A stretch of DNA of 64,000 nucleotides from the NCBI GenBank assembly GCA_900540305.1, contig UQFL01000001.1:45144-109143 (forward strand). The letters are read 5' to 3'. The translations under genes were made by a program, and so were the position numbers. This document shows positions 1 through 9,417 of this stretch, in pieces. The notes below the pieces were generated by a model, which saw nothing but the letters and a program-made list of their open reading frames with translations, had not been told where the DNA came from and made no database searches. The DNA comes from an uncultured Oscillospiraceae bacterium (GTDB taxonomy: Bacteria; Bacillota; Clostridia; Oscillospirales; Acutalibacteraceae). Positions within the stretch are counted from its first letter, which is position 1. Each line of letters opens with the position of its first letter.

Positions 1-707
1 ACGACAGTTATATTTCCGTAAACGAAGCGCTCAAGCACGGCGGAATTTCAACACGCTCTGCCGTTGATATTCATTGGATAGATTCAGAAACGCTTGAGGG
101 CGATGATGTTGATATTGACGCTGTTCTCGGAGATATGGACGGAATACTTGTTCCCGGCGGTTTCGGAAGCAGAGGCATAGAGGGCAAAATCAGAGCTGCA
201 AAATACGCAAGGGAAAATAATATCCCGTATCTCGGCATATGCCTTGGTATGCAGATTGCAATTATTGAATTTGCAAGGGATGTTCTCGGACTTGCGGACG
301 CTAACTCTGCGGAGATAAACCCCGAAACCACCAACCCTGTTATTGATATTATGCCTGCGCAGAAGGCTGTTGAGGAAATGGGCGGAACAATGCGCCTCGG
401 TCAGTATCCGTGCGTGCTCAATCCTGAATCAAAAGCGTATGAGCTTTACGGTGCGTCAATGATTTATGAGCGCCACCGCCACCGTTATGAGGTAAATAAC
501 GATTACAGGGAAGAACTTCTCAACGCAGGCGTTATCTTTGCGGGTACATCTCCTGATAATCATATTGTTGAGATGATAGAGCTTAAAAATCATCCGTGGT
601 TTGTGGCGTGCCAGTTCCACCCCGAATTTAAGAGCAGACCCAACAAGCCGCACCCTCTTTTCAGAGGTTTTGTAACTGCTGCGGCAAATAAAAAGGCAGA
701 AAAATAA
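1..707 (+). CDS. pyrG: CTP synthase, C-terminal glutamine amidotransferase domain. The 5' end is truncated by the window edge and the reading frame is open from position 3.
   Basis: Translation from nt 3 reads ...[25 protein letters not shown]...[21 protein letters not shown]...HPEF. This is a class-I GATase with the CTP synthase C-terminal signature. The ORF-track start at 135 is an internal Met. Confidence 0.9.
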   Translation, partial: DSYISVNEALKHGGISTRSAVDIHWIDSETLEGDDVDIDAVLGDMDGILVPGGFGSRGIEGKIRAAKYARENNIPYLGICLGMQIAIIEFARDVLGLADANSAEINPETTNPVIDIMPAQKAVEEMGGTMRLGQYPCVLNPESKAYELYGASMIYERHRHRYEVNNDYREELLNAGVIFAGTSPDNHIVEMIELKNHPWFVACQFHPEFKSRPNKPHPLFRGFVTAAANKKAEK

Positions 708-724
708 ATTTGCTTAATGCTTTT

Positions 725-765
725 CAGCGTGTGTAAACTCGGTTTATGCACGCTGTTTTTATTTG
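725..765 (+). terminator. Rho-independent terminator after pyrG
   Basis: Stem cagcgtg / cacgctg encloses an internally paired loop and is followed by TTTTTATTT. Confidence 0.7.
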
Positions 766-790
766 TGAAAATGCTTAGCCTATATTGGTA

Positions 791-819
791 TTGACAATTT
801 TTTTAGTTATGCCATAATA
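791..819 (+). promoter_or_regulatory. Sigma-A-type promoter for the MFS transporter gene
   Basis: TTGACA at 791-796, a 17 nt spacer, then ATAATA at 814-819. The RBS AAGGGGTG sits ahead of the ATG at 838. Confidence 0.5.
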
Positions 820-837
820 AAATCAAGGGGTGATTTT

Positions 838-2139
838 ATGGAAAGTAAACGAACAACAAAACTCTCTGCTAAAATCTGGGCAAGTATAATTATTTTCGGC
901 CTTGTGGGTCAGCTTGCGTGGGTAATTGAAAATATGTATTTCAATGTCTATCTGTTTGACGCTATCGGCGGCACGGCGGATGACATTGCGGCAATGGTTG
1001 CCGCATCTGCAATCACAGCCGCGCTTACAACTCTGCTAATGGGCGCGCTTTCCGATAAAATCGGCAAAAGAAAAGTATTTATAACAACGGGTTACATACT
1101 TTGGGGTATAGTTACAGCGTTATTCGGCTTTATTACGGTAGACAGTACTTCAAAAATATTCCATACGGCAAACGCAGTTGCAACAGCCGCAATGCTTGTC
1201 ATAGTTATGGATTGTATTATGACATTTTTCGGCTCAACTGCTTTTGACGCCGCCTTTAACAGCTGGGTAACGGATATTACGGACGATACCAACAGGGGCA
1301 GAGCGGAAACAGTATTACAGGCGCTTCCTCTTGCGGCTATGATTATTGTTTTCGGCGTGCTTGATTCTTTTAAGCAAAAAGGCGAGTGGAAAACATTTTT
1401 CCTGATTGTCGGAATTGCAACGATTATATGCGGTATCCTTGGAATTTTCGTTCTTAAAGACAGGGATAATATAGAAAAAAGCAACGAAAACTATTTTAAA
1501 AACATAATTTACGGCTTCAGACCTTCAACCGTTAAAAATAATAAAATGCTGTATCTTGCTTTCAGCGTTTTCTGTATTCTCAACATCGCATATCAGGTAT
1601 TTATGCCTTATATTATCATCTATCTTGAAAAATCACTCGGCATAACAAATTACGCAATACCGCTCGGCGGAATACTCGTTTTAGCGGCGGTTATTTCCGT
1701 ATTGTTCGGCAGGGTTATTGATAAAGTTGGCAAAATAAAATTTATGCTGCCGTCCTGCGCAGTGCTTATCATCGGCTTTATATGTATGTATTTTGCAAAC
1801 GGGGATAATCTTGTTGTTCTTATAATTATCGGAACGGTTATGATGGGCGCATATCTCGTAACATCTGCGGCAGTCTGCGCCGTGATAAGAGATTATACTC
1901 CAGCAGATAAAGTCGGACTGTTTCAGGGCGTAAGAATTGTTTTTCAGGTTCTTATCCCCATGGTTACGGGTCCGTATATCGGTGCGGCTGTTATTTCAAG
2001 CAATAATCAGACATATGTAGAACTCGGAACGGTTAAAACAATCCCAACTCCGCACATCTTTCTTGCGTCTGCCGCAGTTGCTGTATTTGCGTTTATACCG
2101 CTTTTTGTGCTCATCAAAAAACAAAAAAGCAAAAAATAA
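838..2139 (+). CDS. MFS-type membrane transporter, about 12 TM segments, substrate unknown
   Basis: 433 aa, highly hydrophobic, with repeated TM helices and MFS-like loops. No closer family assignment is possible by eye. Confidence 0.7.
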   Translation: MESKRTTKLSAKIWASIIIFGLVGQLAWVIENMYFNVYLFDAIGGTADDIAAMVAASAITAALTTLLMGALSDKIGKRKVFITTGYILWGIVTALFGFITVDSTSKIFHTANAVATAAMLVIVMDCIMTFFGSTAFDAAFNSWVTDITDDTNRGRAETVLQALPLAAMIIVFGVLDSFKQKGEWKTFFLIVGIATIICGILGIFVLKDRDNIEKSNENYFKNIIYGFRPSTVKNNKMLYLAFSVFCILNIAYQVFMPYIIIYLEKSLGITNYAIPLGGILVLAAVISVLFGRVIDKVGKIKFMLPSCAVLIIGFICMYFANGDNLVVLIIIGTVMMGAYLVTSAAVCAVIRDYTPADKVGLFQGVRIVFQVLIPMVTGPYIGAAVISSNNQTYVELGTVKTIPTPHIFLASAAVAVFAFIPLFVLIKKQKSKK

Positions 2140-2153
2140 ATATAATATAGGCT

Positions 2154-2173
2154 GAGGCGACACGCCTTTTTGT
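2154..2173 (+). terminator. Weak rho-independent terminator after the MFS gene
   Basis: A 5-bp stem aggcg / cgcct with a short loop is followed by TTTTTGTT. The stem is short. Confidence 0.4.
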
Positions 2174-2299
2174 TAAGAATTAACAAACTTTGACAAATGG
2201 AAAAAAGTGCTTGATATTCTCAGCCAAACAGTATAAAATATATATCGATAAAATATTGTCAATCAATATTTTAAAATATTTTTTCGGAGGTATAATCCA

Positions 2300-3313
2300 A
2301 TGGTAAAAGTTGCTATTAATGGTTTCGGCCGTATCGGTCGTCTTGCTTTCCGCCAGATGTTCGGCGCTGAAGGCTACGAAGTAGTTGCTATCAACGACCT
2401 TACAAGCCCGAAAATGCTTGCTCATCTTCTTAAGTATGATTCATCACAGGGCAAGTATGCTCTTGCAGATAAAGTTGAGGCTACTGATGATTCAATCATC
2501 GTAGACGGCCAGGAAATCAAAATCTATGCAAAGGCTGACGCTTCTGAGCTTCCTTGGGGCGAACTTGGCGTAGATGTTGTTCTTGAGTGCACAGGTTTCT
2601 ATTGCTCAAAGGATAAGGCTTCTGCTCACATTAAGGCAGGCGCTCGCAAGGTTGTTATTTCTGCTCCTGCAGGCAATGACCTTCCCACAATCGTTTACAA
2701 TGTAAACCACGAGACACTTACAAAGGAAGACACAGTTATTTCTGCTGCTTCTTGCACAACTAACTGCCTTGCTCCTATGGCTAAGGCTCTTAACGATTAT
2801 GCACCTATCCAGAGCGGTATCATGTGCACAATCCACGCTTACACTGGCGATCAGATGACTCTTGACGGTCCTCAGAGAAAGGGCGATCTTCGTCGTTCTC
2901 GTGCAGCTGCTGTTAACATCGTTCCTAACTCAACAGGTGCTGCAAAGGCTATCGGTCTTGTTATTCCTGAGCTCAACGGCAAACTTATCGGTTCTGCTCA
3001 GCGTGTTCCTACCCCCACAGGTTCAACAACTATTCTTACAGCTGTTGTTAAGGGCAAGGACATCACTGTTGACGGCATCAACGCTGCTATGAAAGCTGCT
3101 CAGACAGAGAGCTTCGGCTACAACACAGACGAAATCGTTTCTTCTGATATCGTTGGTATGCGTTACGGCTCACTCTTCGATGCTACTCAGACAATGGTAC
3201 TTCCTCTTGGCGATGACCTCTTTGAGGTACAGGTTGTTTCTTGGTATGATAACGAGAACAGCTACACTTCACAGATGGTTCGCACAATCAAGTACTTCTC
3301 AGAGCTTGGCTAA
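2300..3313 (+). CDS. gap: Glyceraldehyde-3-phosphate dehydrogenase, type I
   Basis: N-terminal [13 protein letters not shown] Rossmann motif and the catalytic SCTTNC motif are present. Length is 337 aa. Confidence 0.95.
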   Translation: MVKVAINGFGRIGRLAFRQMFGAEGYEVVAINDLTSPKMLAHLLKYDSSQGKYALADKVEATDDSIIVDGQEIKIYAKADASELPWGELGVDVVLECTGFYCSKDKASAHIKAGARKVVISAPAGNDLPTIVYNVNHETLTKEDTVISAASCTTNCLAPMAKALNDYAPIQSGIMCTIHAYTGDQMTLDGPQRKGDLRRSRAAAVNIVPNSTGAAKAIGLVIPELNGKLIGSAQRVPTPTGSTTILTAVVKGKDITVDGINAAMKAAQTESFGYNTDEIVSSDIVGMRYGSLFDATQTMVLPLGDDLFEVQVVSWYDNENSYTSQMVRTIKYFSELG

Positions 3314-3341
3314 GCCGAACACCATATAAGTGTAAAAAATT

Positions 3342-3370
3342 AAGCGAGGTCTTTGACCTCGCTTTTTTGT
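3342..3370 (+). terminator. Rho-independent terminator after gap
   Basis: A 10-bp perfect stem aagcgaggtc / gacctcgctt with loop tttg is followed by TTTTTTG. Confidence 0.85.
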
Positions 3371-3386
3371 TGCAATATATAAGCAT

Positions 3387-3419
3387 TAAAAAAGTTCCGA
3401 CTTCTCAGCCGGAACTTTT
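3387..3419 (-). terminator. Rho-independent terminator of the XRE/DUF4097 gene on the minus strand
   Basis: Stem aaaagttccg / cggaactttt. On the minus strand it is followed by a T-run (plus-strand A-run at 3387-3392). Confidence 0.7.
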
Positions 3420-3423
3420 TGTT

Positions 3424-4662
3424 TTATTGTGCTGTTGACTGAGCGGCATTTGTTGTCTGAACAGGCTGGGTTGTTTGCTCCGCCTGAGTAGTCTGCGGCA
3501 CAACCTCGCCCGCTTTCAAAATCAAATCTCCGCCCACAGATTCAAAGTCAATTGTGCAGAAAGAGTCTAAATATGTATAAGTTCCTCTTGAAGTGCCGCC
3601 GCTTCTTATCATATCAAAATCACTGATAATATCGCCCGAAACGGTTTCGTAATTAACTGTAAATCCGTCTATATCCTGCGGAAGTGTGAAAGTTATTTTT
3701 CCTCCCACACTGTTTGCGTCAATTTTCGACGGTGCATCTGTGCAATTAATATTAATGTTGCCTTTAGTTGATTCGGTGTCTACACTTGCGTATTTTCCGC
3801 TTGCCGAGATGTTTCCGCTTACGGTGCTTACATCAAGCTTGTTTGCACTTACCTCGTTTATTGTAACATCCGCATTGGTACTGCTTATTTCAAGTTCGCC
3901 AAGCTCTTTATCCCTCGGAATGTTAACTGTGAGGTCCTTGCTTTTGTTTCCTATGATTTTGCCTGAATCGCAAAATTCAATTTTAAGCTCCGTCCCCTCA
4001 ATTATGTAACGCATAGAGTATTCGTCATCAGCCGTTTTGTTTTCGCTGAAATTTATCGTGTTTCCGTCATAATACGCAACATTAACATTTCCGTTTATCC
4101 ATTCAACAGATATTTCATTTATGCTTTGTGCGTCTATGTCGGCGCCGCCTGCTGAATATGAAGCAGGGTCGTCATATTCAACTCTGTAATCCTTTTCTTC
4201 AAGCACATCTTCGGTGATGCTTAAAATGCTTATAACGATAAGCACAATTAAAACGCACGCCACGCCTGCGATTATTCTTATTCTTTTCTTTATCTTATCG
4301 GTGTCAACAGGATTATATTTTTTTGAATAGTTTTTCATATCTTCCGAATAAATCGGAATTTGATGTTTGACCGATTCGTGATTCTTATCATCAGGTGTTT
4401 TGTAATCATTGCCTGTGTTTTGTATGCTTTCATCTGAATTTTCAGCTGCGTCAGGCTTTTCGTCTCCCATTATAAGAGAGTCAACAGATACGCCGTAAAG
4501 CTTTGAAAGAGCAATAAGATTATCTGTGTCAGGGTTGCTTTCGCTTTTTTCCCACCGTGAAATTTCCTGTGGGGAAACTCCTATTTTTTCAGCAAGCTCT
4601 TCTTGTGTATAGCCGTTTGCTTTTCTGTATTCATAAAGTCTTTTAGCTGTTTGAGCATTCAT
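3424..4662 (-). CDS. Membrane-anchored one-component regulator with an N-terminal XRE-type HTH, one TM helix and a C-terminal extracytoplasmic beta-strand-repeat (DUF4097-like) domain
   Basis: The N-terminus YTQEELAEKIGVSPQEISRWEKSESNPDTDNLIALSKLYGVSVDSL is a canonical XRE HTH. A hydrophobic segment IIAGVACVLIVLIVISILSI follows. The C-terminus has repetitive V/I-x-V/N beta-strand periodicity typical of DUF4097-type putative adhesin/beta-helix domains. Confidence 0.75.
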   Translation of the reverse strand: MNAQTAKRLYEYRKANGYTQEELAEKIGVSPQEISRWEKSESNPDTDNLIALSKLYGVSVDSLIMGDEKPDAAENSDESIQNTGNDYKTPDDKNHESVKHQIPIYSEDMKNYSKKYNPVDTDKIKKRIRIIAGVACVLIVLIVISILSITEDVLEEKDYRVEYDDPASYSAGGADIDAQSINEISVEWINGNVNVAYYDGNTINFSENKTADDEYSMRYIIEGTELKIEFCDSGKIIGNKSKDLTVNIPRDKELGELEISSTNADVTINEVSANKLDVSTVSGNISASGKYASVDTESTKGNININCTDAPSKIDANSVGGKITFTLPQDIDGFTVNYETVSGDIISDFDMIRSGGTSRGTYTYLDSFCTIDFESVGGDLILKAGEVVPQTTQAEQTTQPVQTTNAAQSTAQ

Positions 4663-4720
4663 ATTATCACCTCGGTTTAATGTTGTTAGTGTGTTTTGTA
4701 GTTTTTATTGAAATTTCTGT

Positions 4721-5776
4721 TTATTCTACGCTGAATCTGAATTCAGTAACTGTTTTAAATTCTTCGTTCGGCTCAACATATTTAAACGGGAATTTTTCGG
4801 GGAAGTTAACGCTGTCGGGATAAAACTGAGTTTCAAGCGCCGCACCGCGTCTGTAAGTTACCTTGCCGTTTGCCTTTCCGGGGTTGCCGTCTTTTGCAAG
4901 CCATCCGCCGCAGTAAAGCTGAATACCCGGCAGGTCTGTATATACGCTGAGCTTTCTTCCGCTTTCGGGGTCGTAAAGTACTGCCGCCTCAGAAAATTCA
5001 CCTAAATTCTTTTTAAGGCAGTAGTTGTTGTCATAACCTATTCCGTCAATAACTGCGCTGAAAGGCTCGTCAATTTTTTCGCCTATTTTATGCATAACGG
5101 AAAAATCAAGCATTGTGCCTTTAAGTTCTTCAAGTTCGCCTGTCGGAAGCTGATTATCGTCTGTCTGTGTGAATTTGTCAGCGTTGATTTTAAGAAGATG
5201 ACCTTCAACTGTTTTTTCAGGGTCGCAAGAAAGATTGAAATAAGCGTGGTTTGTCGGGTTTGCAACTGTTTTCTTGTCGCTCAATACGCTGTATTCAACT
5301 CTCAAAACATTGTCATCATCAAAAGTGTATTTAATTTTCATTGTGAAATTGCCGGGGAAGCCGTCCTCCATATCGGGGGAAAACTTTTTGAGTGTTATTG
5401 AATTATCACTTGTGTCTTCAACATCCCAAACGGTAAAACTAAATCTGCCGCCGCCGTGAAGAGTCCAAGTGCCCTGATTTGCAGGGGTATGATATGTAAC
5501 GCCGTCAATTTCAAATTTAGCGTCTCTTATTCTGTTAGCCACTCTGCCCACGGCAAGACCCTGATAACCAAGGTCTCCGTCTACATAGTAGTTAGGGTCG
5601 TCAAAGCCGAGCACAACATCGCCGAGATTTGAGTTTCTGTCAGGAACATTAATCGACTGTATTCCTGCGCCAAGCGTCTGGATTGAAACGCTCGCTCCGT
5701 TTTTATTAGTTATGGTATAAAGCATAACTGTGTCTTTATTCTCAAGTTTGCCGAATTCTTTTTTAGCAATACTCAT
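4721..5776 (-). CDS. galM: Aldose 1-epimerase (galactose mutarotase)
   Basis: 351 aa with galactose-mutarotase fold signatures, including GAGIQSINVPDRNSNLGDVVLGFD, the HGG motif and YPDSVNFPE. Confidence 0.85.
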   Translation of the reverse strand: MSIAKKEFGKLENKDTVMLYTITNKNGASVSIQTLGAGIQSINVPDRNSNLGDVVLGFDDPNYYVDGDLGYQGLAVGRVANRIRDAKFEIDGVTYHTPANQGTWTLHGGGRFSFTVWDVEDTSDNSITLKKFSPDMEDGFPGNFTMKIKYTFDDDNVLRVEYSVLSDKKTVANPTNHAYFNLSCDPEKTVEGHLLKINADKFTQTDDNQLPTGELEELKGTMLDFSVMHKIGEKIDEPFSAVIDGIGYDNNYCLKKNLGEFSEAAVLYDPESGRKLSVYTDLPGIQLYCGGWLAKDGNPGKANGKVTYRRGAALETQFYPDSVNFPEKFPFKYVEPNEEFKTVTEFRFSVE

Positions 5777-5959
5777 AATAGCACCCGCCTATAAAATTAA
5801 TGATTTTATTAACTTGAGTATAACCCGAAATGTAAATAAATTCAACAGAATCTTGACTTTTTAAAATATAAAATATATCCTTATTATGTGATTAAATGCC
5901 TATACGGCGTTAATATATATTTCTATATAAACTATAATGTAAATCAAGGAGTGTTCTTT

Positions 5960-6706
5960 TTGGACGGTATTATAGAATCCTTAACCTCTGTTATGAGATA
6001 TGCAATGCCCGCAGTGGCAGTTATTGTTATTTTCACCTGTGTTATTTCTCTTTTCAGAAACAGACCAAGAATCCATAAGCTTGCACAGCTTGTTGATGAA
6101 AATAACGGCGATATCATTGAGATAAACCATTGGGAAACATCAATAGGCAAATCAAAATCAAACGATATTGTTTTGCCGCTTCCCTCCGTTTCAAGATTTC
6201 ATGCGGTTATCGCTAAAAAGAAAAGGGATTGGATTGTTACGGATACCTTTTCAAAAAACGGAATTCTCGTAAACGGTGAAAAAATAGAGGGCAAAGCTGT
6301 TATTGAGGATGGCGACCTCATTTCTATCGGCACTGTTCCTCTTCGTTTTCAGTGTGCGGACGCTATTTCCGTTGAAACTAAAAAGCAGATTAGAAATTCT
6401 GCTTCACAGGGCGGAAAAATTGCGTATGCCGTTCTTGTGGATGTCAACACACGCAAGCCTGTTTATCTTATGAGAAACGATGTTCTTATCGGCAGAGGGG
6501 AAAACTGCCATATCAGAATATTGTCCGACACGGTGTCATCTGAACACGCAAGAATTTATAAAACAACAAGAGGATGGGCGCTGTGCGACCTTGATTCGCA
6601 TAACGGAACAAAGCTTAACGGCAGGTATCTCACCCAAACTCAGCTTATTTTTGACGAGGATACAATTACCTTCGGCGACCGTGTTTTTGTCTTTTACGAA
6701 AAATAA
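5960..6706 (+). CDS. Membrane-anchored protein with two FHA (forkhead-associated) domains
   Basis: After an N-terminal TM helix (AMPAVAVIVIFTCVISLF) there are two FHA-type segments. The first is IGKSKSNDIVLPLPSVSRFHAVIAKKKRDWIVTDTFSKNGILVNGEKI. The second is IGRGENCHIRILSDTVSSEHARIYKTTRGWALCDLDSHNGTKLNGRYL. The start is assigned to the TTG at 5960, 8 nt after the AAGGAG RBS at 5946-5951. The ORF-track ATG at 5888 has no RBS, and the ATG at 5990 is an alternative. Confidence 0.7.
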   Translation: MDGIIESLTSVMRYAMPAVAVIVIFTCVISLFRNRPRIHKLAQLVDENNGDIIEINHWETSIGKSKSNDIVLPLPSVSRFHAVIAKKKRDWIVTDTFSKNGILVNGEKIEGKAVIEDGDLISIGTVPLRFQCADAISVETKKQIRNSASQGGKIAYAVLVDVNTRKPVYLMRNDVLIGRGENCHIRILSDTVSSEHARIYKTTRGWALCDLDSHNGTKLNGRYLTQTQLIFDEDTITFGDRVFVFYEK

Positions 6707-6742
6707 CGGTTTTGAGTAATACATTAAAGAGAGGTTCGATAA

Positions 6743-8008
6743 ATGGCTAAAAACAAACAGAAAAGGGTGCCGAAGATAAAACCCGTAAACAATTTTCTGC
6801 TAATGACTTTTGTAACGGTTTTTCAGCTTGTTACGGCGTTTATTTCGGCTAATTCGGGCGATACTTTTGAAATTAAAGTTATGGCTGCAATGCTTATTCT
6901 AATTGTTGTTGAATGGGCATATCTTATATTTTTCTATACGGCGTTTCACAGAAGAAATTTTGAACTTGAAGTTATTGCATTTTTCCTGTGCTCAACGGGC
7001 ATAGCAACTATCGGTTCAATAGACGCAGGCGCGGCGCTTAAACAGTGCCTTATGATTATTGCCGGCGTTATTGCGTATATCGTTTTGGTATTTTTGCTCG
7101 GCAATGTTGATTTGTGTATGAAACTAAGACTTCCCGTTGCCATTGCGGCGCTTGCGCTTTTGCTCGTCAATCTTGTAATTGCGAAAACAACAAACGGCGC
7201 AAGAAACTGGATAGAGATTTTCGGCATAACTTTTCAGCCGTCTGAATTTGTAAAAATAGCGTTTATTTTCGTCGGTGCGGCAACGCTTGAAAAAATTCAG
7301 ACAAGTAAAAATATTTTTGCTTACATCGGTTTTTCGGTTGCCTGCGTGGGAACACTTATATTGATTAAGGATTTCGGAACGGCGCTCATTTTCTTTGTAA
7401 CATTTCTTATAATTGCTTTTATGACTTCGGGCGATATAAAAACAATTATCCTCGCTGTCGCTTCAGCGGTTCTCGGTGCAGGAATCGTGCTCAAATATAA
7501 GTCTTATGTAACAAAGCGTTTTGCCGTTTACAGGCATGTTTGGGAGGCTGATTATTACAATACAAGCGGCTATCAGCAGACAAGAACGCTTGTTGGTTTA
7601 GCATCGGGCGGTCTGCTCGGTCTCGGAATAGGAAACGGAAACACAAGAAATGTTTACGCTTCTACAACAGACCTTATTTTCGGCGTTATCTGCGAGGAAT
7701 GGGGATTCATTTTCGCCGTTATTCTTGTGCTTTCATTTGCGGCAATCGCCGTGTCGGCACTCGTAAATTCAATAGCGGCACGCTCCACATTTTATTCAAT
7801 CGCCGCAGTTGCAGGCGCAGGTATGCTCCTTTTCCAGACGGCGCTCAATATTTTCGGTATTACGGATGTTCTGCCTCTCACGGGCGTTACGCTTCCGTTT
7901 GTAAGCCAGGGCGGTTCATCAATGATTTGCTGTTGGGCTGTTCTTGCATATATAAAGGCGTCCGATGTGCGCACCTATAATTATCTGGGAGGTGCAAGGA
8001 AGAAATGA
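6743..8008 (+). CDS. SEDS-family peptidoglycan glycosyltransferase (FtsW/RodA/SpoVE family)
   Basis: A polytopic membrane protein with the SEDS hallmark ...FQPSEFVKIAFIF... and a C-terminal PLTGVTLPFVSQGGSS motif. Its stop overlaps the PBP gene start as ATGA. Confidence 0.85.
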   Translation: MAKNKQKRVPKIKPVNNFLLMTFVTVFQLVTAFISANSGDTFEIKVMAAMLILIVVEWAYLIFFYTAFHRRNFELEVIAFFLCSTGIATIGSIDAGAALKQCLMIIAGVIAYIVLVFLLGNVDLCMKLRLPVAIAALALLLVNLVIAKTTNGARNWIEIFGITFQPSEFVKIAFIFVGAATLEKIQTSKNIFAYIGFSVACVGTLILIKDFGTALIFFVTFLIIAFMTSGDIKTIILAVASAVLGAGIVLKYKSYVTKRFAVYRHVWEADYYNTSGYQQTRTLVGLASGGLLGLGIGNGNTRNVYASTTDLIFGVICEEWGFIFAVILVLSFAAIAVSALVNSIAARSTFYSIAAVAGAGMLLFQTALNIFGITDVLPLTGVTLPFVSQGGSSMICCWAVLAYIKASDVRTYNYLGGARKK

Positions 8009-9408
8009 AAACAATAACAAAAAGAGGCATTTTTCTCTGGATTCTCTGTGTGCTTTTCATAGGCGGAATAGTTTTCCTTTCATACAGCCTTGTTGCAGAC
8101 GGCTCCGAATGGGTTATGAAAACCTATAACCGCCATGTTTATAGTGACGGCCAGCTTATAGCCGCAGGCGCTATCAAAGATAAAAACGGCGTTGTTTTAT
8201 CTGAATCAGAGGACGGCGAGAGAGTTTACAGCGATGATAAAGATACAAGGCTTTCAACTCTTCATGTTATAGGCGACCCGAGAGGATTTATCTCAACAGG
8301 TGTTCAGTCTGCTTTTGAATCACAGCTTGTTGGTTACGATGTTCTCAACGGCGTTTACGAGATTAAGAAAAACGGCGGCGGAAACGACCTCGTTTTAACT
8401 ATTGACAGTGAGATTAATAAGGTTGCGTATGAAGCGCTCGGCGATAAAAAGGGTACAATCGCCGTTGTAAACTATAAAACTGGCGATATTGTTTGTATGG
8501 TATCAACCCCGAGTTATGATGTTGACAATGTGCCGTCAAATCTTGAGAGCAGCGATAAGTATGAGGGTGTGTATATAAACAGATTTTTGACAGGCCTTTA
8601 TACTCCAGGCTCAACTTTTAAGGTTGTAACTGCAATATGTGCTCTTCAAAATATGGGTAGCAGCATTTATGACAGAACATGGAAATGCGAAGGCGTTTAT
8701 GATGTTGACGGTATTAAAGAAGATGAAATCATCTGTAACGCCACCCACGGCAAAATTAATTTTGAAAATGCGCTCGCAAAAAGCTGTAACTCAACTTTCG
8801 GTCAGATTGCGATTGAACTCGGCCCCGAAAAACTTGCACAGACGGTTGAGAGTATCGGTTTAACTTCATCTGTTTCAATAAGCGGTGAAATACATTCTGC
8901 AGAGGGAAGATTTTTCCTTGAAGAGGGCGACGCTGACGCATATGTAGGCTGGACGGGTATCGGACAGGGCGATACCCTTGTTTGCCCCGCCGCAATGCTT
9001 CGTCTTATGTGCGCAATTGCAAATGACGGCACGGCTGTTTCGTTCAATATTGTAGACAGATTTGAAAATAAATCAGGCGAATCATTCACGCTTAATCTTG
9101 ATTTGAATGAAACTCAGATTCTCAGCACAGATGTTGCGTCTCAGATGAAAACCTTAATGAGAAACAATGTAAAAAAGCAGTACGGAGACAGCAAATATAA
9201 GGGTCTCAACCTTTGCGCTAAGTCGGGAACTGCTCAGATAGATGAAGTGGACGCCCACAACACCGCTTGGTTTGTTGGCTTTATGGATGATGAGGAAAAT
9301 CCCTATGCATTCGTTGTAGTTGCTGAAAAGGGAAATTCAGGCTCTAAAACAGCAGGTCCTATGGCTAACAAAGTGCTTCAGGCGATTGTGGACAGTAATG
9401 AGGATTAA
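8005..9408 (+). CDS. Class B penicillin-binding protein (PBP2/PBP3-type transpeptidase)
   Basis: An N-terminal TM helix, then a PBP dimerisation-like region, then a transpeptidase domain with the active-site motifs STFK (GSTFKVV), SxN (SCNSTF) and KSGT (AKSGTA). Confidence 0.9.
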   Translation: MKTITKRGIFLWILCVLFIGGIVFLSYSLVADGSEWVMKTYNRHVYSDGQLIAAGAIKDKNGVVLSESEDGERVYSDDKDTRLSTLHVIGDPRGFISTGVQSAFESQLVGYDVLNGVYEIKKNGGGNDLVLTIDSEINKVAYEALGDKKGTIAVVNYKTGDIVCMVSTPSYDVDNVPSNLESSDKYEGVYINRFLTGLYTPGSTFKVVTAICALQNMGSSIYDRTWKCEGVYDVDGIKEDEIICNATHGKINFENALAKSCNSTFGQIAIELGPEKLAQTVESIGLTSSVSISGEIHSAEGRFFLEEGDADAYVGWTGIGQGDTLVCPAAMLRLMCAIANDGTAVSFNIVDRFENKSGESFTLNLDLNETQILSTDVASQMKTLMRNNVKKQYGDSKYKGLNLCAKSGTAQIDEVDAHNTAWFVGFMDDEENPYAFVVVAEKGNSGSKTAGPMANKVLQAIVDSNED

Positions 9409-9417
9409 TTGATATAA

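Noticed and set aside
135-707. ORF-track start of the first gene at the Met at 135
   Set aside because: The frame is open back to nt 3 and the upstream translation ([10 protein letters not shown]...IHWIDSE) is clearly CTP synthase. The Met at 135 is internal, and the gene is truncated by the window edge.
1092-1484. Antisense or embedded ORFs of 60-160 aa. Examples are 1092-1484(-), 3686-4009(+), 5090-5401(+), 12968-13414(+), 13898-14209(-), 20926-21282(-), 21662-22030(-), 40918-41289(-), 53392-53847(-) and 56755-57168(-).
   Set aside because: All lie wholly inside well-supported genes on the opposite strand or another frame. They lack RBSs and have low-complexity or odd composition, so they were treated as spurious.
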